DNA of 64,000 nucleotides, taken from NCBI GenBank assembly GCA_963699755.1, contig CAVOVB010000001.1, positions 1,600,001-1,664,000 of the forward strand, written 5' to 3'. The notes under the pieces were generated by a model that saw nothing but the letters and a program-made list of their open reading frames with translations, was not told where the DNA came from and made no database searches. How positions within the stretch are numbered: position 1 is the first letter of the stretch; each line of letters begins with the position of its first letter. Position numbers and translations under genes: made by a program. The stretch is from an uncultured delta proteobacterium. Lineage in GTDB: Bacteria; Myxococcota_A; Polyangia; Polyangiales; Houyiibacteriaceae. This document shows, piece by piece, positions 9,665 through 21,484 of the stretch.

Positions 9665-10093
9665 CTAAACTGCGCGCGAAGCCGCGTAGGCTTCAAGCCG
9701 CGCGTGCGCCCAATCGACGTCGCGCTGGAGCTCGTTGTAGTCCGGGCCTTCGTAGAGCTCGTCGTAGGCCTTGAGTGCCTCTTCCGCCTTGGCTAGCTCT
9801 TCACGCACGGCGTCGGGATTGATTTCCTCGGGCGACGCATAGACATCGGTCAGCAGGAGCACCTTGTCCGGCCCACCCTCGACGAAGCCCGGGCCGATCG
9901 CGGCGATCTTGCGCTTACCCTCGACTTCCCAAACCAAGAGCCCGCACTTGAGCGCGGCCAAGAGCGGAAGGTGGTTTGGAAGCACGCCGAACTCGCCCTC
10001 GACGCTGGGGGCCTGAACCGAATCCACTCGCGTGGAAAGCACGGAGCCCTGCGGTGTGACTACGTCGAGCTGTAGATGTTCGGAGTTTGCCAT
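9665..10093 (-). CDS. atpC: ATP synthase F1 epsilon subunit
   Basis: LDVVTPQG, GEFGVLPNHLP, C-terminal helical hairpin; follows atpD. Confidence 0.95.
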   Translation of the reverse strand: MANSEHLQLDVVTPQGSVLSTRVDSVQAPSVEGEFGVLPNHLPLLAALKCGLLVWEVEGKRKIAAIGPGFVEGGPDKVLLLTDVYASPEEINPDAVREELAKAEEALKAYDELYEGPDYNELQRDVDWAHARLEAYAASRAV

Positions 10094-10105
10094 CGTTTGG
10101 CCCAA

Positions 10106-11608
<1,503 letters not shown>

Positions 11609-11735
11609 CTAGCACGGCCCCTGAGGGCGGTCAAAGACGCCAGCTTCGACGAGCTAGGGTCACGCTGCGCTCGGACAAGCCCCAGCAAGTGCGCAATTGA
11701 CCCCCACGTGCCGTCTTTCTAACATCAGACGCGTG

Positions 11736-12158
11736 ATGCAGAACCAGGACGCCGTCATCCATGCCCTTCTCGGCGCCGGAACCCGTTACGAGGGGAAGCT
11801 CTTTTTTGAAGGGCGCGCCCGCATCGACGGTGAGTTCGACGGAGAGGTGTTCAGCGACGGGCTCCTGGTGGTCGGTGAAGAGGCGCGCATCAAGGGCGCG
11901 ATTCGGGTTCACACCTTGATCGTGCGCGGCGGCACGATCGAGGGCGACATCCACGCCACCGAGCTGGTTGAGCTGCACGCGCCAGCGCAGGTGCGCGGGG
12001 ACATTCGGACCCAGGCCCTTTTCATGGACAAAGGCGTTGTGTTCGACGGCGCGTGCGTCATGGGCGAGGTGATCGAGCTCGTGGATCGCCCGGTTTCGGC
12101 GCAGTCCGCCGACGACACATCGCCCGATGGCTATAGGGACCAGCCGAAGAGAAACTGA
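11736..12158 (+). CDS. Bactofilin (polymer-forming cytoskeletal protein)
   Basis: Beta-helix repeats GTRYEGKL, RIDGEFDGEV, GTIEGDI, AQVRGDI, DKGVVFDG. Confidence 0.88.
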   Translation: MQNQDAVIHALLGAGTRYEGKLFFEGRARIDGEFDGEVFSDGLLVVGEEARIKGAIRVHTLIVRGGTIEGDIHATELVELHAPAQVRGDIRTQALFMDKGVVFDGACVMGEVIELVDRPVSAQSADDTSPDGYRDQPKRN

Positions 12159-12961
12159 ATCGTCAGCGCGTGGTCGTTACCGTCGCCACCATCGCCCATG
12201 GCCGGGACGTTCATGTTCGAACCCGAAAAACGAAGCCGGTAGTACTCCCAGACGAAGCGCACCGCGTAGCTGAAACCGACGTTCAGCCATCCCTGGAAGG
12301 TCACGGCCGCGTCCAGGCCGATTCCCGAGCTCTTGTTTCCGAACGCGTCCTCGAGCTGACCCAAATGGAATGGGAAGCGAAGGCCGAAGTCCGCACGGAA
12401 GCCCAACGAGCGTGGCAGGATCTGATAGGAAAGCGCCGGTCCGAAGCGGGCGTAGATGATTCGCGAGGATGGCAGAACCGAGTTGAGGTCGATGTGGAAG
12501 ACGTCTCCGCCGACCCCGACCAGTCCACCCAGCTGGAGGCGGTCCATCGGGTAGAGGTAACCGAACTGTCCGAGCATGCGCCAGGTGTTCGTCCGAAGCT
12601 CGATCCCGGATACCTCGGCCTTGAGCCCGATGCCCGAGCCACCGTCGACCTGCACGATGATCGCCTGGACCGCAGGCCTCGATGGGCGCCGGCCCATCGG
12701 GCGCACCAAGAGGTGCCAAGCAAAATCGAAGTAGGCGCCCGTTTCGAAGCTCCGCGTTTCGGTGTCGCCCGCGCCGTCGCCCAGCTCGAGGTGAATGTTC
12801 CTAAAACGTGCGCCGGCACCGATCTGCATCACCAAGACAGGCAGAATCGACCCCTCCTCCTGCACGCTTTGTTCGGCGTCCACGTCGGCGAGGGCCAGAC
12901 CCGGTGCGACCAGGCCTCCGAAGAGTCCAGTGAAAACGCACAGTCTGAGGCTCGGGCTCAT
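12131..12961 (-). CDS. Putative outer-membrane beta-barrel protein
   Basis: Signal peptide, amphipathic aromatic-rich strands, C-terminal LFGWSL. Confidence 0.6.
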   Translation of the reverse strand: MSPSLRLCVFTGLFGGLVAPGLALADVDAEQSVQEEGSILPVLVMQIGAGARFRNIHLELGDGAGDTETRSFETGAYFDFAWHLLVRPMGRRPSRPAVQAIIVQVDGGSGIGLKAEVSGIELRTNTWRMLGQFGYLYPMDRLQLGGLVGVGGDVFHIDLNSVLPSSRIIYARFGPALSYQILPRSLGFRADFGLRFPFHLGQLEDAFGNKSSGIGLDAAVTFQGWLNVGFSYAVRFVWEYYRLRFSGSNMNVPAMGDGGDGNDHALTIQFLFGWSL

Positions 12962-13098
12962 TCCGCTAAAAATACCAATCCTTGAACGGAAGGCCCGCCT
13001 TTCCCGCTTCTGGCTCCATTTGAAGATTTCTACGGCTGGCGCCGTGACGTAACGTCACCACGTTCGCTGCGTAACAGGGATCGAAACGAGAAGCCGTC

Positions 13099-13692
13099 AT
13101 GAGAACGACCGTCATCCGCGCCGCCGCTGCCCTCTTCGTTGCGGCTTCCGCCAGCGTCGTTGCTGCGGCCGAGGAACACGACGAAAACGCCGGGATCTTC
13201 ACCGCCCAGATCCCCGAGGAGGGTTCCAACATTTCCTGGGGTCAGGCGGTGATCGTCCTCGATAAGCCGATCGACGAGGTGCTACCCATCGTTCGGGACT
13301 ATGCCAACTACGTGGATTTCATGCCCAATTTTACGAAGTCCAGGGTTTTGGCCCAGCGGGGAACCCGCGCGATGGTCTACATGGAGGTGAGCGTCGCAAG
13401 GGGCGCGATCACGCTTTACGGCCAGCTCAATCTCGCCGAGCGTCCGGAAAGCGGTGATGTGCGGGTGGTTGAGGCTCGCCTCCTAGAGGGCAACATCGAC
13501 GCATTCAGCGCGAGCTTCACGCTCACGCCGTTGGACGGTGGTACGCGCACCGAAATCGACTTCAAGATCTACGTCGACCCAGACATCCCGCTTCCCTCGT
13601 CGGTGTTCAGTCGAGAAAACGAGCGGGCGGCCGGCAGGACGGTTCGAGCCCTCCGAACGCGGGTCTTCGAAGGTCCGCAACGCTCTAGCTGA
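13099..13692 (+). CDS. Exported SRPBCC/START-fold (polyketide cyclase-like) protein
   Basis: Signal peptide; EVLPIVRDYANYVDFMPNF typical of the SRPBCC family. Confidence 0.75.
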   Translation: MRTTVIRAAAALFVAASASVVAAAEEHDENAGIFTAQIPEEGSNISWGQAVIVLDKPIDEVLPIVRDYANYVDFMPNFTKSRVLAQRGTRAMVYMEVSVARGAITLYGQLNLAERPESGDVRVVEARLLEGNIDAFSASFTLTPLDGGTRTEIDFKIYVDPDIPLPSSVFSRENERAAGRTVRALRTRVFEGPQRSS

Positions 13693-13874
13693 ACGAGCCG
13701 CAAAACCGGCGCCCGGCCGACCTTGACTGGGTTCGGGCCCATGCTACGAACGCGCGCCGCTAGGGAATTGGCTTGCCGTAGCTGCGATTCGGCCCCAAGC
13801 GCCGGTTGGAGATTGTCTCCACTTGGAGTTTCTTTCCTGCCGGATCTCTGGGTCCACGACGGGATTACGCTGCG

Positions 13875-14342
13875 ATGAACGCGCTTTTCACAGCCCTCTT
13901 GTCCGAGGGTTCCATCATCGACCTCGACGGCACGATCTGGATTCAGCTCGGGCTGTTTGCGGTGGCGTTTTTGGTTTTCCGGCCGCTCATCTTTCGGCCG
14001 ATGGTTGCGCTCTTCGAAGCGCGAGAAAACGCCATCGAAGGCGCCAAGCTCGAGGCACTGCGCCTCCAAGACGAGGCCGCCGCCGAGGGCGAGGAGTTCG
14101 AGGTCGAGATGCGTCGCATTCGGCTTCAAGCCGGGGAGGAGCGCGATCGCCTTCGAGCCGAAGGCAAGCGCCTCGAGCGGACGGTGCTCGACCGAGTTCG
14201 AGAAGAGACCGACCGGCAGCTCGCCGAGGCGGATCAGAAGCTAAGCAGCGAGGCTACACGCCTTCGCGCGGACATCGATCGATCAGTACCCGTGCTGGCC
14301 AAGCAGATTGCATCGAAGATGTTGAACCGGGAGGTCCAGTGA
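13875..14342 (+). CDS. ATP synthase Fo subunit b'
   Basis: N-terminal TM (DLDGTIWIQLGLF...LIFRPM) then charged coiled coil; first gene of the atp block. Confidence 0.88.
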   Translation: MNALFTALLSEGSIIDLDGTIWIQLGLFAVAFLVFRPLIFRPMVALFEARENAIEGAKLEALRLQDEAAAEGEEFEVEMRRIRLQAGEERDRLRAEGKRLERTVLDRVREETDRQLAEADQKLSSEATRLRADIDRSVPVLAKQIASKMLNREVQ

Positions 14343-14989
14343 TGCGCTTGTGGAAGCTGACGCTGCTCACCTTGCTCCTGGCATGGCCCGGCCTGGCCCT
14401 GGCCGAAGAGCCCCGGCACGAGGCTTTGGCCCACGAGGTCGCCGAAGAGCAATCCGGGCATGACGGTCACGGCGAGCTCACCTTCTCGTCGCTGATGAAG
14501 AGCCGGGATTTCCAGGGCACGCTCGTCAACTTTGCCGTTCTGATTCTCCTCATCGGCTGGGTGATCCGCAAGAAGGGCAACCCCGCTCTCGCGGCGCGCC
14601 GCGCCGAAGTCGAACAGGAGCTTGCCGAGGCCCAGCGACTTCGCGCCGAGGCTCAGCAGCGGCACATGGAAACCGCAACGCGTCTCGAAAGGCTCGACCA
14701 GGAGATGGTCCAGATTCGCGGCGACATGATCAAGGCCGGAGAAGCGGAGCGCGACCGGATCGTGGAGCAGGCCGAAGAAAAGGCTGCGCGCATGCGCAAG
14801 GACACCGCGTTCCTCATCGAGCAGCAGATCAAGCAGCTTCGCAAGGAGCTCACCCACCAGGCTGCGACGGCAGCGGTCATGGCAGCACAAGACCTGCTGC
14901 AACAACGGACGACCGATTCGGATCAAGACCAGCTCGCCGAGGCGTACCTCGCTCGTCTCGATGAGGTCATCGAGGAGCGTCAATCATGA
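14342..14989 (+). CDS. atpF: ATP synthase Fo subunit b, with signal-like His-rich N-terminal extension
   Basis: LVNFAVLILLIGW TM followed by coiled coil; overlaps both neighbours. Confidence 0.88.
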   Translation: MRLWKLTLLTLLLAWPGLALAEEPRHEALAHEVAEEQSGHDGHGELTFSSLMKSRDFQGTLVNFAVLILLIGWVIRKKGNPALAARRAEVEQELAEAQRLRAEAQQRHMETATRLERLDQEMVQIRGDMIKAGEAERDRIVEQAEEKAARMRKDTAFLIEQQIKQLRKELTHQAATAAVMAAQDLLQQRTTDSDQDQLAEAYLARLDEVIEERQS

Positions 14990-15534
14990 GCGCGCTCGGA
15001 CGACGTTACGCAAAGGCGCTTTTGGACCTCGCCCGCGAGCAGGGCGAGATCGCCACGGTTCTGCGGGATGTTGGATCGCTTTCCGATGCCTGGAAGTCGA
15101 GCCAAGAGCTTCGCGACATCGTCCAAAACCCCGTAATCCCGAGGACCGCCCTCAAGGCGATCGTCAGTGCGGTGATGGACAAGCTCGGCAGCGCCAAGAT
15201 CGTCCGCAACACGGTGAACTTGCTTGCCGACAAGGGCCGCCTCGGTCACTTGGACGAGGTTCTTGCGGAGCTCGACGCGCTGGCGGAGGCGGAGACCGGT
15301 CGCGTTCGCGTGGAGGTCGTCAGCGCCAAGCCTTTGGCCGACGCGTATTACGCGCGCCTTGCGGAGAAACTCAAGCGAGTGACCGATCGAGAGGTCGTGC
15401 TCGTCAAGAAGGAAGACCCTTCGCTCATCGGTGGCGTGATCACACGCATCGGCGACCAATTGTTCGACGGGAGCATTCGCAACCGGCTGAGCGAGCTTAG
15501 GGAAACGTTGCTTGCGAACGGCGAGACGCCGTAA
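14986..15534 (+). CDS. atpH: ATP synthase F1 delta subunit
   Basis: [28 protein letters not shown]. Confidence 0.96.
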   Translation: MSALGRRYAKALLDLAREQGEIATVLRDVGSLSDAWKSSQELRDIVQNPVIPRTALKAIVSAVMDKLGSAKIVRNTVNLLADKGRLGHLDEVLAELDALAEAETGRVRVEVVSAKPLADAYYARLAEKLKRVTDREVVLVKKEDPSLIGGVITRIGDQLFDGSIRNRLSELRETLLANGETP

Positions 15535-15559
15535 CCGCATCGAATCAGGAGCCTGCCAA

Positions 15560-17212
15560 ATGCAACTTCGCGCTGAAGAGATTTCCAACATCATCAAGCA
15601 GCAGATCGCTTCCTACGAGAAGTCGGTCGATGTGGTCGAGACAGGTACTGTTTTGACGGTGGGCGACGGTATTGCCCGCATCTACGGCCTCGAAAGCGCC
15701 ATGGCTGGCGAGCTCCTCGAGTTTCCCGGTGGCGTCTACGGCATGGCCCTCAACCTCGAAGAGGACAACGTCGGTTGCGCGATTTTCGGCTCCGACGTCG
15801 GCATCAACGAGGGCGACACGGTCAAGCGAACCGGCCGTATCGTCGAGGTTCCAGTCGGTCCGGCCCTCGTGGGCCGTGTGGTGAACGCCCTCGGTCAGCC
15901 CATCGACGGCAAGGGTCCAATCGAAAGTAAGCTCAGCCGTCGCATCGAGCTCAAGGCTCCGGGCATCGTCGCCCGTCAGCCGGTGAGCGAGCCGCTTCAA
16001 ACCGGCCTCAAGGCCATCGACTCGATGATTCCGATCGGCCGAGGTCAGCGCGAGCTCATCATCGGCGACCGCCAGACAGGCAAGACAGCCGTTGCGCTCG
16101 ACACGATCATCAACCAGAAGGGAAAGGGCGTTTACTGTTTCTACGTCGCGATCGGTCAGAAGCAGTCGACCGTCGCCCAGGTCGTCGACAAGCTCACGCA
16201 GTTCGGCGCGATGGAATACACCACCGTCGTTCTGGCCGGCGCCTCCGAGCCCGCGCCGCTTCAGTTCATCGCGCCCTACACTGGCGTGACGATGGGCGAG
16301 TACTTCCGCGACAACGGCCAGCACGCGCTTTGCATCTACGACGACCTTTCGAAGCAGGCTGTCGCCTACCGCCAGCTTTCTCTCCTCCTTCGTCGTCCTC
16401 CCGGCCGCGAGGCGTATCCGGGCGACGTCTTCTACGTTCACAGCCGCCTTCTCGAGCGCGCAGCAAAGATGGCGGAGGACTGGGTCGTCGTGAAGTCGGA
16501 CCAGGAGCCGAGCCGTCTCGGAAATCAGGTCTTTAGCGGCCCCGAGTCGAAGCACGAGGCCGACGCCGCCGCCAAGGAAAAGGGCGCAGGCTACGTTGCG
16601 AAGAAGCTCGCGGACTCGGGCGGCTCACTCACCGCATTGCCGATCATCGAGACGCAGGCAGGGGACGTCTCGGCGTACATCCCGACGAACGTCATCTCGA
16701 TCACCGACGGCCAGATCTTCCTGGAGTCGGACCTGTTCAACTCCGGCGTTCGCCCCGCCATCAACGTCGGCATCTCGGTGTCGCGTGTCGGTGGTAATGC
16801 ACAGATCAAGGCGATGAAGCAGGTTGCTGGAACGCTCCGTCTCGAGCTGGCTCAGTTCCGTGAGATGGCGGCGTTTGCGCAGTTCGCGTCCGACCTCGAC
16901 GCCGCGACTCGGCAGCAGCTTTCTCGCGGTGAGCGTCTCGTCGAGGTGCTCAAGCAGGGGCAGTTCGTGCCCTGGCCGGTCGACGAGCAGGTGGTATCCA
17001 TTTTCGCGGGCACGCACGGCTATCTCGATGCGCTTCCCGTCGATTCGATCGGCCGCTATCAACAAGAGCTTATCTCGTACCTCAAGGCCGAGCGCGCATC
17101 GATCCTCTCCGACATCGTGTCGAAGGGTAAGCTCGACGACACGCTCGAGGGCCAGCTCGACGATGCGCTCAAGGCATTCGCAGAAATCTTCGAGCCCACC
17201 CAAAACGACTAA
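15560..17212 (+). CDS. atpA: ATP synthase F1 alpha subunit, with ~44-aa insertion
   Basis: [34 protein letters not shown]. Confidence 0.99.
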   Translation: MQLRAEEISNIIKQQIASYEKSVDVVETGTVLTVGDGIARIYGLESAMAGELLEFPGGVYGMALNLEEDNVGCAIFGSDVGINEGDTVKRTGRIVEVPVGPALVGRVVNALGQPIDGKGPIESKLSRRIELKAPGIVARQPVSEPLQTGLKAIDSMIPIGRGQRELIIGDRQTGKTAVALDTIINQKGKGVYCFYVAIGQKQSTVAQVVDKLTQFGAMEYTTVVLAGASEPAPLQFIAPYTGVTMGEYFRDNGQHALCIYDDLSKQAVAYRQLSLLLRRPPGREAYPGDVFYVHSRLLERAAKMAEDWVVVKSDQEPSRLGNQVFSGPESKHEADAAAKEKGAGYVAKKLADSGGSLTALPIIETQAGDVSAYIPTNVISITDGQIFLESDLFNSGVRPAINVGISVSRVGGNAQIKAMKQVAGTLRLELAQFREMAAFAQFASDLDAATRQQLSRGERLVEVLKQGQFVPWPVDEQVVSIFAGTHGYLDALPVDSIGRYQQELISYLKAERASILSDIVSKGKLDDTLEGQLDDALKAFAEIFEPTQND

Positions 17213-17218
17213 TCGGAA

Positions 17219-18088
17219 ATGGCAAACCTCAAGGACATTCGCAAGCGCATCGGAAGCGTCAAGAACACGCAAAAGATCACCCGCGCCATGAAGCTGGTGG
17301 CCGGTGCGCGTCTGCGGAAGGCGCAAGAGAACATCGAACGCCTTCGTCCGTACGCCATCAAAACGCATGAGGTGCTAAGCGGCGTCGCTGCGCGTGTGAA
17401 TCCCGACGAAGGAATCCATCCCTTGCTGTCGCGGCGAGAGCCGAAGCGCGTCATGCTGGTGGTCCTCACAAGCGACCGCGGCTTGGCCGGTGCGTTCAAC
17501 TCGAACATCTGTAAGGCCGCGTTCAACCGCTGGAAACAGCTCGAGGCGGAGGGCAGCGAGGTGTGCTTCGGCATCATCGGCCGCAAGGGGCGCGACTACT
17601 TCACTCGTCGAAATGCCAACATCCGGCACGACTTCCTCGGGGTCTTCGAAGACCTGAGCGCCGATAAGGCAGGCGAAATCGGACGTTACATCGTCGAAGA
17701 CTACACCGGGCTCGATCTCGACGCTTGCGATTTGGTCTACAACGAGTTCAAGAGCGCGATCAATCAGCAGGTCGTCATCGAGCCTTTCTTGCCCATCGAG
17801 CCGCTCGAGCTCGCCGACGACCGGCTCGGGGACTTCATTTACGAGCCCAGCCAGGTCGCGCTGCTCAACACCCTGCTTCCGATGCACGTCGAGGTTCAAA
17901 TCTATAGGGCTCTTCTGGAGTCCGTGGCGTCGGAGTACGGCGCTCGAATGACCGCCATGGACGCGGCGACCAACAACGCGAGCGACATGATCGACCGGTT
18001 GACCCTCCAATACAACCGGGCTCGCCAGGCTGCCATCACCAAGGAATTGATGGAGATCATCGGCGGCGCTGAAGCTCTCAACGGCTAA
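17219..18088 (+). CDS. atpG: ATP synthase F1 gamma subunit
   Basis: KITRAMKLVA, SDRGLAGAFN, YNRARQAAITKELMEI. Confidence 0.98.
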   Translation: MANLKDIRKRIGSVKNTQKITRAMKLVAGARLRKAQENIERLRPYAIKTHEVLSGVAARVNPDEGIHPLLSRREPKRVMLVVLTSDRGLAGAFNSNICKAAFNRWKQLEAEGSEVCFGIIGRKGRDYFTRRNANIRHDFLGVFEDLSADKAGEIGRYIVEDYTGLDLDACDLVYNEFKSAINQQVVIEPFLPIEPLELADDRLGDFIYEPSQVALLNTLLPMHVEVQIYRALLESVASEYGARMTAMDAATNNASDMIDRLTLQYNRARQAAITKELMEIIGGAEALNG

Positions 18089-18150
18089 GCGCCAGTCCGT
18101 GATACCGTAGCGCGACGATGCCGGGGGGGCACACAGGGCCGACTGCACAC

Positions 18151-19725
18151 GTGACAGGTCCGGCACCACTTTCGTGGCTTGCCTGGGTCTGCGCCGCCGT
18201 CACGATCGCGTACGTCATCGGCGCACCGTTTTGGGTGGCCGACTATCCGATGATGACCGACTTCCCGTTTCATGCGGCCTCGTCCTCGGTGTTTCGTCAC
18301 TACCTCGATCCGGGCTGGCACTTCCAGGAGCAGTTCCAGTTTCAAGTCCTCGCGGCGCCCTATCTGACTTTTTACGCATTGGCGGCCATCTTCATGCTCG
18401 TGTTGCCGCCCGTCGTCGCAACGAAGCTTGCGGCTGCCATGTTGATGGCGCTCTTGCCCATCGGGCTGATGGTGCTCTGCTGGGGGCTCAGGAAGTCCCC
18501 GTTTCTGGGCCTTTGGGGGCTCGTCGCCGTCTGGGGCGTCCCCGCACACTGGGGCCTCGTTGGTTTTCTGGCATCGCTCGGCCTCTTCGCCATGGCGCTC
18601 GGTCTCGCCCTTCGCGTCGTGGATCGACCGTCCATGAAGCTTCAGGGCGTGCTCATCGCGGTTCTGACTCTGCTCTTCTTCACGCACGTGTACCGCTTCC
18701 CGTTCGCGTTGTTGATGCTCTTGGTCGTCGCCGCAGCGATGCACGGGCGAGTGGACAGCACCCGGGGCCTTCTGATTCCGATCGTCGTATCCTCGGTGCT
18801 CTTGATCGCCTGGGCGACGACCAGCGCCGACCTGTCGCTTCCCGAAATCGCCTGGGCGTGGCCGCCGGCCTGGAGCCGCATGTCCGAAGCGGGCGCCTAT
18901 GCGACCGACATCTTCATCGGCGACGAAGACAGCTTCCTGTTTCGCCGCACGGGGCTCCTGTTCGCGGTGACTGCAGTCGCACTGCTTGCCATTGCAATCG
19001 TTCGGCTCCGTTCCTGGCCCAAGGGTGGCTGGGTCGTGCCGGCTCATGCGGTGGTTGGGGTCGCGATCTTGGTGTTCCTCGGGCTCTACCTGACGCTTCC
19101 GATGGAGCTCGGGGTTTGGTGGTACGTCTTTCCACGCGAGATCACCGCGGCGGCCTTTCTCATGCCCGCGCTCCTACCAAACCTGCCGCGCAAGACCTGG
19201 GCGGAGCTTGGCTTCGTCGTGTGGACGGCGGTTGCGGTTGCACCGCTCGGAGAATTCGTCGCCGATGCGCATGAGGAGTTCTCGACCACCACGGTGCACT
19301 TCCGAGAGATCGTCCGCGAGCTTCCCAAGGCCCCGAAGCTTCTCTACCTCGTGTACGACCATAACGGCTCGCGCGCCCGAAACAGCCCGTACATCCACCT
19401 GCCCGCATACGTTCAGGCTGAGCGCGGTGGTTGGCTGAGCTTCCACTTTGCCCAGTTGGAGGGTTTCCCCTTCCGGTATCGTGACACCTCGGATCTCGAC
19501 GCAGTCGTCCCGCAGCCAACGCCGGTGCGCTGGGAGTGGAGCCCTCAGCTCTTCCAGCTCGATCAGCACGGCAAGTTTTTCGACTGGTTTCTCGTTCGCC
19601 GGCTGAATTCGCCCGACGCCCTCTTTTCTACGGACCCTTCCATCCAGCGTGTGGCGCACTTCGAGAACTGGTGGCTTTACCACCGACCTCGCGCCTCGAC
19701 TGGACCGCCCCTCGAAACGCCCTAG
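18151..19725 (+). CDS. Polytopic membrane protein, possibly a GT-C-type glycosyltransferase
   Basis: About 11 hydrophobic segments, loop motif PMMTDFPFH after TM1, soluble C-terminal domain. Confidence 0.55.
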   Translation: MTGPAPLSWLAWVCAAVTIAYVIGAPFWVADYPMMTDFPFHAASSSVFRHYLDPGWHFQEQFQFQVLAAPYLTFYALAAIFMLVLPPVVATKLAAAMLMALLPIGLMVLCWGLRKSPFLGLWGLVAVWGVPAHWGLVGFLASLGLFAMALGLALRVVDRPSMKLQGVLIAVLTLLFFTHVYRFPFALLMLLVVAAAMHGRVDSTRGLLIPIVVSSVLLIAWATTSADLSLPEIAWAWPPAWSRMSEAGAYATDIFIGDEDSFLFRRTGLLFAVTAVALLAIAIVRLRSWPKGGWVVPAHAVVGVAILVFLGLYLTLPMELGVWWYVFPREITAAAFLMPALLPNLPRKTWAELGFVVWTAVAVAPLGEFVADAHEEFSTTTVHFREIVRELPKAPKLLYLVYDHNGSRARNSPYIHLPAYVQAERGGWLSFHFAQLEGFPFRYRDTSDLDAVVPQPTPVRWEWSPQLFQLDQHGKFFDWFLVRRLNSPDALFSTDPSIQRVAHFENWWLYHRPRASTGPPLETP

Positions 19726-19737
19726 ATTGGTACATCG

Positions 19738-20055
19738 ATGGACCTCAGAACTGAAGAAGAGCGCTGGGCTGTTTGGATGGTGCAAGCTCGCAGGTTTGCA
19801 GAGCGAGAGAACTTCCCCGATGCGGTAGCTCGGATAAAGCTCGCCCGTGATGCGGTTCGAAGTGCAGTCGGCCAGGCGACCAACGCGACCGCGCGCGCGC
19901 GTCTAGAGGCACTGCTTGCGCGAGCCAATGAGCAGCTCGAGACCATGCAATCGCAGTACGAGTCGTGGCGATCAAAAATCGCTGCGCGTCGGCAACATAC
20001 GATCGACCAAGCCGCCGAAGAGATGGCGCGTCCTCTTCCGGTGACATCGGACTGA
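19738..20055 (+). CDS. Hypothetical helical protein
   Basis: ATG-started 105-aa ORF filling the gap, coiled-coil composition. Confidence 0.65.
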   Translation: MDLRTEEERWAVWMVQARRFAERENFPDAVARIKLARDAVRSAVGQATNATARARLEALLARANEQLETMQSQYESWRSKIAARRQHTIDQAAEEMARPLPVTSD

Positions 20056-20057
20056 CG

Positions 20058-20912
20058 GTGGCTGTTCCCGAGTGTTCGGTTGCGTCACTCGAAGCGGGAG
20101 AATCTCTCGCGGGTACCGCTGTCGAGTCGGTCGATCGCTGGTTGCTTCTCGAAGTGACAGAGCCCTGGGCGCCCAAGCCCCTTCAAACTCAGGCGCTGCC
20201 CGAATCGGTGCGAAGCCAGCTCGGCCGTTGGCTAGAAACGCCGCGGTCCCGCTTGCAGCTCATCCGGCGCCCGGGGCACTCTGGGAAACGGCCGGTGTTC
20301 ATGACGGTTTGCTCTGCCGGCGACAGGTCGCAGACGTCGAAGCTCGAGCTCGGCCGCTACGACGAGCTCGTCGATCTCGACCTCGACGCGCTGCCTGCCG
20401 CGCCGAGCGAGCCGATTTGCTTGGTTTGCGTCCACGGTCGCCGCGACCGCTGCTGCGGGATTCTGGGCGGTGCGGTGTTCCGCGCGATTCATTCGCAGGG
20501 CGTGGACACCTGGCAGACGAGCCACCTCGGCGGGCATCGTTTTGCCGCCTGTGCGCTCTGGCTGCCCGACGGCCTGATGTATGGACGGCTTCGCGCCGAG
20601 CATGCACGGTCCTGGGTGACGGCCCGACGAGCCGGGGACGTCGGTGAGCTCGACTTGTTTCGAGGCCGCTGCGCCTATGATCGGCCGACGCAGGCCGCGG
20701 AGATCGCCGTGCGAAAGCGGCTGAGGCTGCAGACAGCCGATGGGATCGAATGGCTCGGGACCGACGCGAAGTCCGAGTCGAGCTGGGAAGTACGGTTCCG
20801 AATCGCGTCTGGTGAAGAGGTCGTTCGACTTCGCTTGGCGGACACCGGGGCTCGTCGGCCGGCAAGCTGCGGCGGAGAGCCGGAGGCGGTGACAGAGCTC
20901 GTGGAGGGCTAG
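20058..20912 (+). CDS. Sucrase/ferredoxin-like protein (Apd1/Aim32-type 2Fe-2S thioredoxin fold)
   Basis: WLLLEVTEPW, VCVHGRRDRCC, WQTSHLGGHRFA, YGRL. Confidence 0.85.
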   Translation: MAVPECSVASLEAGESLAGTAVESVDRWLLLEVTEPWAPKPLQTQALPESVRSQLGRWLETPRSRLQLIRRPGHSGKRPVFMTVCSAGDRSQTSKLELGRYDELVDLDLDALPAAPSEPICLVCVHGRRDRCCGILGGAVFRAIHSQGVDTWQTSHLGGHRFAACALWLPDGLMYGRLRAEHARSWVTARRAGDVGELDLFRGRCAYDRPTQAAEIAVRKRLRLQTADGIEWLGTDAKSESSWEVRFRIASGEEVVRLRLADTGARRPASCGGEPEAVTELVEG

Positions 20913-20964
20913 GGGGGTGGGCTGGTTGGGTGGTTGGGTTTGCTGGTTGGGTGGTTCGGTTTAA

Positions 20965-21137
20965 TTACACCACGCGCCCACCCCCACCCGTAATCCTCCC
21001 TCCGCGGCCTTCGCTTCGCTTGGCCTTGGCGGCGCGTTGCGCCGGGCTTCGCCTTCGGCTCGCGCTGCCGCGCCTGGCGCTTCGCTTGGCCTTGGCGGCG
21101 CGTTGCGCCGGGCTTCGCCTTCGGCTCGCGCTGCCGC
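20965..21137 (+). repeat. Dispersed structured repeat, copy 3, with internal 66-nt-period tandem duplication
   Basis: 21012-21074 is repeated at 21078-21140; 5' part matches the other copies. Confidence 0.9.
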
Positions 21138-21247
21138 GCCTGTCTTGTGGGGGTGTTGGGGTTCGGAAGGGAGCGGATCGAGCTGCTTTTCGGCGCGACC
21201 CCAGCTTCTCCAGGGCGCTGGTTCCCACAATGGGCTAGAAGCGGGGT

Positions 21248-21484
21248 GTGGAACTCTGGTTGCTCGCGCTTTGGGCTCTTTCTGGCGCCGCGCTTCTGTT
21301 CACGCACCTCCTGATGGCTTGGCGCGTGCTTTCGGGGCCTCTCGCTGCGCAGTGGCGCTACCTGGGCTTCCTCGTGCCGGTCTTCACGCCCGTCGTCGCG
21401 TGGCGAGGGGGCAACCGCCTTGGCCCAATCACCTGGGTTCTGTTCTTGGTAATCTATCTCTCCGCGCGCATGATCGAGGTCTGA
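21248..21484 (+). CDS. Small membrane protein
   Basis: 78 aa, three hydrophobic segments; stop overlaps the prmA start. Confidence 0.65.
   Translation: MELWLLALWALSGAALLFTHLLMAWRVLSGPLAAQWRYLGFLVPVFTPVVAWRGGNRLGPITWVLFLVIYLSARMIEV

Noticed and set aside
16472..16618. AtpA insertion as an intein or intron
   Set aside because: Too short, in frame, and lacks a C-terminal His-Asn followed by Cys/Ser/Thr.
20965..21140. 66-nt tandem as a mini CRISPR array
   Set aside because: The units are adjacent without unique spacers, no cas genes are present, and it belongs to the dispersed repeat family.
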